41,270 nucleotides of DNA from a virus. Its lineage: Duplodnaviria > Caudoviricetes. The position numbers were made by a program, and so were the translations under genes. Positions 33,627-41,270 of this stretch are shown here, piece by piece; positions within the stretch are counted from its first letter, which is position 1; each line of letters opens with the position of its first letter. Location of the stretch: positions 1 through 41,270 of the IMG/VR virus record IMGVR_UViG_3300035662_000055, one strand, 5' to 3'. The notes below the pieces were generated by a model, which made no database searches, was not told the origin of the DNA, and saw only the letters and a list, made by a program, of their open reading frames with translations.

Positions 33627-35393
33627 ATGCCGACCGTACCGACCACCTTCGTCCCGCAGGTCGCCCCGCAGGGGGGCGGCGACATCGGCGACTTCGCAGC
33701 CCCCGGCATCGCGCCTGCGGAGAACCTCGCGGGGCCACAGGTCGCACGGTTTGGTCAGCAGCTCACCCAGACGGGCATGGCAGCCTTCCGGCTCGGCTCG
33801 GCGATCCAAGACGGCATCGACGAGGCCAAGACCAAGGAAGCCGACGTAGCGGCCGGCAGGGGCATGCAGGCCGTGACTGATAAGTACATGGCGATGATCG
33901 GCAAGGACGCCGAGGTGAACTACGACGCCATGCAGGCCGAGCTGTCGCAGGCAGGGCAGTCGGCGATGGGGATGCTCGACAACGACGTGCAGCGGCGGAT
34001 GCTCTCCCCGATCCTCGCCCGGAACATGGGGATCTTCCAGAGCCGAATGGGCCAGCACCGCGTCCAGCAGCTCCGCGTCTACCAGACGAACGAGGCCACG
34101 GCCCGCGCCGAGTTGAGCGCCGACTACGCGATCCAGGCGTACTCGCAGCGCAGCCTCAAGGACGCCGAGGGACGCCCGGTTGGGCTCATCAACTACGCGG
34201 CCAACGCAGACACGGCCATCGCCGAGATTCGCAAGGCCGGCGAGCTCATGGGCTACGCGCCTGACTCGGCGCAGATGAAGCAGCTCGAGCAGAAGGTGTA
34301 CGACCGGATGGCGGTCGGGATCGTGAACGGTCTGATGTCAGAGAAGGAATACTCGCAGGCCAGCGAGTTCCTGTCCGACTCGGCGACCGTCGAGAGCCTT
34401 GACGCCAAGACGCGGCAGGCGCTGACCGAATCGGTGGAGTCGAATCGCCAGCGGTCGGTGGTCGGCGAACTGGCATCGAGCATCAAGAACATGGGGCTTC
34501 TGGTGTCCAAGAGCGACCCGGAAACCTACTGGCAACAGAAGGATGGCCCGGTCGAACCTCCGACCACGTTGCGCGATGCGCTTGTGCTATCGGAACAGAT
34601 CAAGGACGATCAGACTCGCAAGTTTGTCCAGGCCGAATTGCGGACGCAGTTCGCGCAGGACGATGCACTGATTGAACAGGAAAACCGCATTCTGATTGAC
34701 AATGTTGAGCAGTTTCTCGCGGTGCCAGGAAACACGCTTGCCGATCTTCCGCCTGAACAATTCGGCCGCCTACGGCCCGTTGACAGAGCCAAGTACATGG
34801 CCGGCCAGCGGCAGCAGGACGAGATGACGGTAATGGAGCAGGTCGCACGTAACCCGTCGCTCGTGGCCGAAGGTGACTGGCTTGAGCGAAACCGCAACAA
34901 GATGACGCACGCGACCTTCGTCAAGTTGATGTCGGAGCGCACGAAGCCCGAAAAGATCATCGAAGCACAAGTTGACGCGGACGACATCAATCGCCTGCTA
35001 GTGGACTTTGGCATGGACAGATACGTCGGCTCCAAACCAGGCACAAAGGAACAGCAGGCGAGCCTTATCTTCCGAAACAATGTCACGCAGATGATTGAAG
35101 TGCGTCAGCGCGAGCGCGGCGGAAAGATCAGCCCAGACGAGAAACGCGAAATCATCCGCAAGGCCATTGTGGACGAGGCATACGTTTCCATCGCATGGGC
35201 CAGTGATCGCAGGATGCCCGTCTCCATGATGACCCAGGAAGAACTAGGAAAGGCGTACTACGATATTGGCGACCAAGAGATTCCAATTGTGCAATATCGC
35301 GTAGCTGAACAACAGCTCATGCGCGCTGGAATTGCCACGCCGACAGAATCGCAGATCCTTGAATACTGGACCCGGAAGGGCAAGCCGAAGTGA
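33627..35393 (+). CDS. Internal virion protein (gp15-like position)
   Basis: MP.VPT start, 588 aa predicted helical; between the small and giant internal proteins. Confidence 0.75.
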   Translation: MPTVPTTFVPQVAPQGGGDIGDFAAPGIAPAENLAGPQVARFGQQLTQTGMAAFRLGSAIQDGIDEAKTKEADVAAGRGMQAVTDKYMAMIGKDAEVNYDAMQAELSQAGQSAMGMLDNDVQRRMLSPILARNMGIFQSRMGQHRVQQLRVYQTNEATARAELSADYAIQAYSQRSLKDAEGRPVGLINYAANADTAIAEIRKAGELMGYAPDSAQMKQLEQKVYDRMAVGIVNGLMSEKEYSQASEFLSDSATVESLDAKTRQALTESVESNRQRSVVGELASSIKNMGLLVSKSDPETYWQQKDGPVEPPTTLRDALVLSEQIKDDQTRKFVQAELRTQFAQDDALIEQENRILIDNVEQFLAVPGNTLADLPPEQFGRLRPVDRAKYMAGQRQQDEMTVMEQVARNPSLVAEGDWLERNRNKMTHATFVKLMSERTKPEKIIEAQVDADDINRLLVDFGMDRYVGSKPGTKEQQASLIFRNNVTQMIEVRQRERGGKISPDEKREIIRKAIVDEAYVSIAWASDRRMPVSMMTQEELGKAYYDIGDQEIPIVQYRVAEQQLMRAGIATPTESQILEYWTRKGKPK

Positions 35394-38300
35394 TTGAGCC
35401 GAACATCAACGAGCGCATGGCGCGTTTCGCGCCTTCGCAAGCGCAGGATGACGTTGATCCGATTGCATCGGATATTGCATCTCGCTCCGTTGTTGCGACT
35501 TCGCAACCAACGATGGAGATGCCAGACATTGATCCCATCGCTCGCCAAATCGCCGAAAACGACCGCGAATCGCTCAATGCCGCCGTACTCGGTGCCAGAA
35601 CTGTCAACCCGGACGAAGCCGCACGGGCGATCGAGATGGGAAGGAAGGTCGGTGTCCCTGCGGAAGTAGCGCGTGCGGACATGCAACGGGCCGAGCAGCA
35701 GGCATACTTGTCCGACCTGCGCTCAATGGACTTCCTCCGCACTGACCCGGTCATGGCGAACTTCCTTGCCAACAAACAGTTCGCGGAGACAGCGCACGAC
35801 GATATTGGCATCCTCGCCAAGCTCCAGCCGCTGGTCTTTGAGGCTGCGACGCTCCAGACCCCGGGCGGATTCTTCCGCGTGGTCGGTCGAGGATATGAGC
35901 GCGGGCAGATCGTGTCAGAGCGCGGAGACATCGGTGCGAAGGCAATGGCCGGGTTCGCCGAGCAGGGCGACTTCGACCGTGCAAAGCAGTTGCAGGAGCG
36001 CATGCAGCAACTCGGGCAGCAGGGTTTACTCGGGGCAGCCGCCGAGATGATCGCACAGAACGTCAGCCAGCTCCGAACCATCGGCACGACGGCCGCCGGC
36101 GGCGCTGCCATCGGAAGCTTCGCTGGTCCTGTCGGAACCGTGACTGGTGGAGCACTCGGCACTGCCGCAGGCATCGTGATCGGGACTGGAACGATGGAGG
36201 CCGGGAACCTGTACCTCGACATGCGCGATCAGGGCGTGTCCGATGACGTGGCTATCCCGGCAGCCATCGCCGGCGGGTTCTTGAACGGCGTGATCGAAGT
36301 GGTCGGGATGAAGATCGCATCCGCCCCGTTCAAGGCGCTTGCGTCCAAGGTCATCCGCGAGGAGGTGTCCAAGGCCATCGCGCAGCCGACCATGCGCTCG
36401 GCACTCATTGCCGCTGGCAAGGCGTATGGGCTTCAGGTTGGCGGAGAGGCGGCCGAGGAAGGGTTGCAGGAGATCGTTGCCATCGCGTCCGAGGAGATCG
36501 CCAAGGCGGCGGATGGCATTGACAGCGAGACGAGCCTGCGCGAGGCTACTGGCCGCGTCATTGAAGCGTTCGCATATGGCGGCATGGCGTCTGCTCTGCT
36601 CGGTGGCATCGGACCAGGCGCGAACCTCGTCGTTGATCTGCGCCGCGCTAGCGCCACGCAGCGGCAGCAGGCGTTCTTCGATGGCCTCGTCGAGAACCGC
36701 AAGGAAAGCAAGCTTGCCCAGCGCAACCCGCAGGGATACGAGCGTTTCCTTGCCGCACAGGCCCAGGACACGCCGGCAGAGACGATCTACGTAGACGCGG
36801 CCACCGCCCGTGACGTGCTCGCGCAGAGCGGCACCACGACGGCGCAGCTCGAGGACATCCTCCCTGGCATCCGCGAGCGGCTCGAGAAGGCCGTGGAGAC
36901 GGGAGGCGACGTGACGATCCCGACTTCGCAGTTCGGGGCGAGGCTCGTCAACACGGAACTCGGGAACGCGCTGCTGCCGCACATGCGCTTGTCGCCGGAG
37001 GCCATGAGCGCGACCGAAGCGCAGGCGTTTGAGGCGCAGCGTCAGGCCGTGGTGGAGGAGGCTCGGACGATCCTCGCCACGAAGCAGGAAGCCGACGCTG
37101 CGTTCGTCGCCGAAGCGCAGCAGGTTGAGAACGAAGCGTTCGAGCAGGTCCGTTCGGTCGGCCAGTTCACCGACATCGAGGCGCGGACGATTGCCAAGCT
37201 GCGCCAGGCGATGGTGGTCGTTGACGCCGCCGAGGCCGGGATGACGCCTGCCCAGTACCAGCGCGAGCGCGGCGTGCCGCTGGTCATTCGCGGCGAGGGC
37301 ATGGCGGCGCCAATGGCGCAGGCTGCACAAATTACGCTTGCGGATGTTGAAAGATCATTTGCGGAAATCGGTGTAGAGCAGCGTCTTACGGAAACTGACA
37401 CGACAATCCGACCAGGAATTATTCGTGTGCCAGCGGACCTGCGGGGTGAAGGACGGGCAACACGGGCGATGCAAAGCCTAATTGCATACGCCGATCAAGC
37501 AGGAAAGCGAATTGATATCTCTCCGACTGGTGAATTCGGTGCAAACAAGAAGCGACTAGTTGCGTGGTACAAGCGCCTTGGATTTGTTGAAAACAAGGGT
37601 TCCAACAAGGACTTTGCGATCAGCGCGACAATGTATCGGCTTCCATCTGCGCCGATGCTTCGACAGGCCGCCACGCTTGACGCCGACTACCTAGCCGCTG
37701 TCGAGCGCGGCGACATGGAAACTGCGCAGCGCATGGTGGACGAAGCCGCAGACGCGGCTGGATACACGGTTGCGGGATTCCACGGATTGTCGGAAGGCAA
37801 GCTTGAAGGTGATTCATTTGATCCAAAGCGGCTTGGTAATTTCACAGGAGCACCAAGCGCAAGGCTTGGATTTTTCTTTTCCAAGTCGATTGGTACTGCT
37901 GAAACTTATGGAATGCCGCGCCTTCGCCCGGATGTGGTTGAAATAATTGCCAGTCGGCTACAACGCGCATATGAGCCGCTCATAAACGCGATTCCTGAAG
38001 GCGTTCAAACGGTAGGACTAGCGCAGGAGCTGTCTTACGGAGAGAACGCATTTAACCCATATATGCAAGAGGGGGCCGAGACGGATCGCATCAGCGCGGA
38101 AAACTATTTGCCGAATCTTGAAGGCTTGTCAGAAGCAATTCTGAATGATGTGCTGGAGATGGAGGATGATCCTGAAGTATCCAAGAGAACCTTCCAAAAG
38201 CTTCTCCGGCTTGAAAAACAAGCCAACGCAGAAGTACAGAAGGTCGTTACCGAATACACGAACTCGGGCGAGCATCTTGATATTTCCACCGTGTCTGTTC

Positions 38301-41270
38301 GCTTGCGGATGCAGAATCCATTGGTGTACGACCAAGAAGGTGCCGCATACCGCGACGAGTCGTATTACGACATCATCGGGCGAGCAAAGCAACAGGGCCA
38401 CGATGGCGTCATCATCAAGAACACGTATGACGGCGGTCCGCTTGATGATATTTACGTTGTGTTTGAGCCAGAGCAGATCAAGAAAGCCGACCCCGTCACC
38501 CGCGACGAGGCTGGCAACGTCGTCCCGCTGTCGCGCCGCTTTGACATCACTAGCCCGAAGCTGTTTGAGCAGGCGGCGATGTCAACTCGCGTTCCGACCG
38601 CAGTCAAGCCGCTTGAAGATGCTCTGAATGACATCTTGCTTGCGGACTATCCGACTTTCCTTCAGGATGCCAAGTTCGTCGCAAAGAACCTTGCGAAGTT
38701 CAAGCAGCTTGGAGCGCCGATTCGCATTGACGAAACGGCAACAGAGCAGCAGCAGCTCGAGCAGATCATCGAGCACATGTCCGGCAACTTGCTGTGGCTG
38801 CACGACACGATGGATGCAGACATTCGTGAGCGTGCAAAGATGTGGTATGTCGGCGGAAGGCGTCTCGTTGACTGGCTTGCGGAACGTCATGGCTTGTCTC
38901 CGATGCAGGCTGCGACAGTGTTCGCGGTCTTGTCTCCGCAAAAGAACTGGTACGAGAACGTCGGACTCGGTATTCGGATTATCGACATCGTTGCAACCCA
39001 GGGCGACACGAAGATGGACACGGATATGCAGGAGGCATATCTGTCATCGCTTCGCAAGGAAGTGACGAAGCGCCAAGGTCAGCTTGACAAGCATGATGAG
39101 AAGAGGCCAAAGCGCGGAAAGGCAGAAACCGCGAAATGGCAAGAACAGCGCGATGAAATTACCGAGGCGCTTAATGCGGCAGCGTCCAAGGTGAACGAAG
39201 CGCAGGGAAACATCGACGATATTGGAGGTCGCACGCTCGACGAAGTATTGGCAGCACGTGAGTTCTTCCTTGCTGCGATCATGGTCAGATGGTTCGACCA
39301 GACGAAGAATGACAGGACATATCCGGTCATCAGCCCAGAAGGCGGCGTCGGCAGTCCGATGGTCACGGAAGCTGGTACGCCGGCAAGCATTCGTTATGGA
39401 AGCTACAACGAGGTCGCGAAGGCAATTGCCGCATACGTGGATGGGCGTGCAGAGAACGTCCACCTGTTGATCGGCGGCGAGCACAAGGTCAGAAACTTCT
39501 ACAACAACTTGTTCAATCCGGCAGACCCGCGCTTCGCAACGATTGACACCCATGCAATCGCTGCCGCATATCTGATGCCACTTGCCGGCACTGATGCTCT
39601 TGTGGCGCACGGACTTGGTGGAGGGGTTGGCAACGCGATGTTCGGACTTGGCGGCGGCTATGCGGTGTTCTATGAGGCATACCGTCGAGCTGCCGAAGCC
39701 AGGGGAATTGATCCTCGCGAGATGCAGTCCATCACTTGGGAGGCAATTCGCGGCATGTTTGAGGCCGCAATGAAGGGGGGCCTCAAGGCTCCAGTCGCGG
39801 CAATTTGGAAGCGATACGTCGATGGCGAGATCGATATCGACACGGCTCGTGCGGAGGTAATGCAGCGGGCAGGCGGGATCACCACGCCGTCGTGGGTTGC
39901 TCTCCCGGTTGACATGCAACCAAATGCTGGGTATTCGGGCGTGTCACGAACGGCGGCAGACGAGCAGGCAAAGAATCTTGCGGCAGAACCTACCGCTGCG
40001 GCCATCATGTTTGAAGTGGCACCAGATCCTGCGAATGAAGAACTCACGGCAAAGTGGAAGGCGCTATCGCCGTTGCGCCGGCAGGAAATCAGCGTTCGCG
40101 TTGCTGAAACAATTGTTCCTCGAGTGCTTCAGGAATACGGAATCGCGGCCGACATGGTGTTGCAGGTCGGTGGTTGGAAGGGCGATACGAATGTCGGATT
40201 TGCGTTGCGAATGCCTCCGAGCCCGCTGGTTCGCCAGATCGCTCGTGCAATTGGCGAATCGCTTTCACAGGAAGGAATGTTCTCGATCTCTGCTACGGAG
40301 TTCAAGGGCTCTTCCAAGACGGGCATCATTAGGTTGCAGTTGCAGCCGGGGTTGACGCCGGAACAGATCGGCGATCTTTACGGAAACACGCTGTATCCGC
40401 TTGGAATCCAAGGGCACGCGACATTTGAGGATTCGATGGTTATTGCCCTGGATTCAAGTGTTGATACTGATGTACTTGCGCGTACAATTGCGCAGGCCGT
40501 ATCTGGAGACAACCGCGTCACTGGAATCACGCAATATGAAGGATGGAGCTCTTACGATGAAACAAGAATCACCACGCCTGCTCCAAGTGCAGAAGGGAAG
40601 CAGCGAGGAGTTGAAGGCGCTGCTGGGCGACGGCGTATTGATGTTTACCGCCTCGAAGCAAAGCGACTCGTCGAGCAATACCTCGGAGAATCTCCAATCC
40701 TCGAGCAGGCCGCAGTCGGCCCTGCCCGCGGCGGCATCGACCCGCGAACCCTGAACGTATTCGTCGGCAAGGGCGGTGACGTATCGACGCTCATCCACGA
40801 GCTGATCCACCTCCGCATCGGCGAGTACCTCCGCATGGCGAGAAGCGCCACGCCGCCGGCGCGGGTGGCCGCCGACCTCGACATCCTGTTCGATTTCATG
40901 GGCGTGGAAGGCGCAACGTTCCAGGAACGCCTCGACAACTACGAGACGATGTCCATTGAGCAGCGCAGGCCGCTCGAGGAGAAGGTCACCTACAACGCGG
41001 AGATATACGTCTACGAGGGCAAGGCTCCAAGCGTGGAGCTCCGCGGCGTGTTCGACCGCCTCGCCGCGTGGATGCGCCGCGTGTACAAGTCGATCCGCGA
41101 TGACCTGAACGCGATCTACCGCCGCGAGTTCGGCACCGACCTGCCGATCCTCACGCCCGAAGTGCGCTCCGTGTTCGACCGCATGCTCGCTTCCGAGGAG
41201 CAGATCAAGCGGCAGGAGGCCATCGAGGGGATGAAGGGTCTGTTCCAGACACGCGAAGAAGCATTTGCAT
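35390..41270 (+). CDS. Giant polyvalent internal virion protein, N-terminal ~1,960 aa (runs off the window; continues at 1276 via the circular join; total ~3,125 aa)
   Basis: GTG at 35390 overlaps the upstream stop. Frame checked at 37313, 37631, 38522, 39962, 40682 and 41141; presumably missing from the ORF track because it has no stop. Contains GNAT, ART-like and glycosylase-like modules and HELIH at 40796-40810. Confidence 0.88.
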   Translation, partial: MIEPNINERMARFAPSQAQDDVDPIASDIASRSVVATSQPTMEMPDIDPIARQIAENDRESLNAAVLGARTVNPDEAARAIEMGRKVGVPAEVARADMQRAEQQAYLSDLRSMDFLRTDPVMANFLANKQFAETAHDDIGILAKLQPLVFEAATLQTPGGFFRVVGRGYERGQIVSERGDIGAKAMAGFAEQGDFDRAKQLQERMQQLGQQGLLGAAAEMIAQNVSQLRTIGTTAAGGAAIGSFAGPVGTVTGGALGTAAGIVIGTGTMEAGNLYLDMRDQGVSDDVAIPAAIAGGFLNGVIEVVGMKIASAPFKALASKVIREEVSKAIAQPTMRSALIAAGKAYGLQVGGEAAEEGLQEIVAIASEEIAKAADGIDSETSLREATGRVIEAFAYGGMASALLGGIGPGANLVVDLRRASATQRQQAFFDGLVENRKESKLAQRNPQGYERFLAAQAQDTPAETIYVDAATARDVLAQSGTTTAQLEDILPGIRERLEKAVETGGDVTIPTSQFGARLVNTELGNALLPHMRLSPEAMSATEAQAFEAQRQAVVEEARTILATKQEADAAFVAEAQQVENEAFEQVRSVGQFTDIEARTIAKLRQAMVVVDAAEAGMTPAQYQRERGVPLVIRGEGMAAPMAQAAQITLADVERSFAEIGVEQRLTETDTTIRPGIIRVPADLRGEGRATRAMQSLIAYADQAGKRIDISPTGEFGANKKRLVAWYKRLGFVENKGSNKDFAISATMYRLPSAPMLRQAATLDADYLAAVERGDMETAQRMVDEAADAAGYTVAGFHGLSEGKLEGDSFDPKRLGNFTGAPSARLGFFFSKSIGTAETYGMPRLRPDVVEIIASRLQRAYEPLINAIPEGVQTVGLAQELSYGENAFNPYMQEGAETDRISAENYLPNLEGLSEAILNDVLEMEDDPEVSKRTFQKLLRLEKQANAEVQKVVTEYTNSGEHLDISTVSVRLRMQNPLVYDQEGAAYRDESYYDIIGRAKQQGHDGVIIKNTYDGGPLDDIYVVFEPEQIKKADPVTRDEAGNVVPLSRRFDITSPKLFEQAAMSTRVPTAVKPLEDALNDILLADYPTFLQDAKFVAKNLAKFKQLGAPIRIDETATEQQQLEQIIEHMSGNLLWLHDTMDADIRERAKMWYVGGRRLVDWLAERHGLSPMQAATVFAVLSPQKNWYENVGLGIRIIDIVATQGDTKMDTDMQEAYLSSLRKEVTKRQGQLDKHDEKRPKRGKAETAKWQEQRDEITEALNAAASKVNEAQGNIDDIGGRTLDEVLAAREFFLAAIMVRWFDQTKNDRTYPVISPEGGVGSPMVTEAGTPASIRYGSYNEVAKAIAAYVDGRAENVHLLIGGEHKVRNFYNNLFNPADPRFATIDTHAIAAAYLMPLAGTDALVAHGLGGGVGNAMFGLGGGYAVFYEAYRRAAEARGIDPREMQSITWEAIRGMFEAAMKGGLKAPVAAIWKRYVDGEIDIDTARAEVMQRAGGITTPSWVALPVDMQPNAGYSGVSRTAADEQAKNLAAEPTAAAIMFEVAPDPANEELTAKWKALSPLRRQEISVRVAETIVPRVLQEYGIAADMVLQVGGWKGDTNVGFALRMPPSPLVRQIARAIGESLSQEGMFSISATEFKGSSKTGIIRLQLQPGLTPEQIGDLYGNTLYPLGIQGHATFEDSMVIALDSSVDTDVLARTIAQAVSGDNRVTGITQYEGWSSYDETRITTPAPSAEGKQRGVEGAAGRRRIDVYRLEAKRLVEQYLGESPILEQAAVGPARGGIDPRTLNVFVGKGGDVSTLIHELIHLRIGEYLRMARSATPPARVAADLDILFDFMGVEGATFQERLDNYETMSIEQRRPLEEKVTYNAEIYVYEGKAPSVELRGVFDRLAAWMRRVYKSIRDDLNAIYRREFGTDLPILTPEVRSVFDRMLASEEQIKRQEAIEGMKGLFQTREEAFA
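40703..41270 (+). repeat. Copy 2 of the 568-bp direct repeat (copy 1 at 708-1275)
   Basis: Begins at GAG CAG GCC GCA (EQAA); the last 127 nt are identical to 1149-1275. Confidence 0.95.

Noticed and set aside
708-41270. Diversity-generating retroelement (TR/VR pair), suggested by the BPP-1-like virion and the diverged repeat
   Set aside because: Mismatches are not adenine-specific and many are synonymous, both copies are in-frame coding, and no reverse transcriptase is recognisable.
41144-41270. Biological terminal repeat
   Set aside because: It is exactly 127 nt, matches an internal position mid-gene rather than the contig start, and fits an assembly k-mer overlap.

Overview
The window is an essentially complete, GC-rich tailed dsDNA phage genome. 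It has a BPP-1/T7-type podoviral morphogenesis module (TerS, TerL, portal, scaffold, major capsid, cement, adaptor, nozzle, internal virion proteins, tailspikes), a lambdoid-style replication region (DUF1376-type initiator with internal 11-bp iterons), a leftward early/recombination arm (Gp157/Gam-like, RecT-like, HNH) and possible DNA-modification genes. I recognise no integrase, DNA or RNA polymerase, reverse transcriptase, tRNA, CRISPR array or endolysin. The last 127 nt (41144-41270) are identical to 1149-1275, so 1149-41143 closes into a 39,995-bp circle and 1-1148 looks like an alternative allele from a related strain. Across that join runs a ~3,125-aa giant virion protein, whose 35390-41270 part is absent from the ORF track. 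It carries a compositionally distinct string of enzyme modules (GNAT, ADP-ribosyltransferase-like, glycosylase-like, unknown) separated by a recurring [LMF]-x-Q-A-A motif and followed by an HExxH peptidase motif. The two alleles diverge exactly at one of these motifs. Other notable signals are two candidate convergent structured small RNAs driven from a duplicated bidirectional -10 element (19572-19979), a thrice-repeated GTACCCGTA-N17-TANNNT promoter, a shared operator/leader architecture at three sigma70-type promoters, and an ABC-ATPase/acetyltransferase cassette that appears to have replaced the body of a C5 DNA methyltransferase. All family assignments come from motif recognition by eye; no database searches were run.
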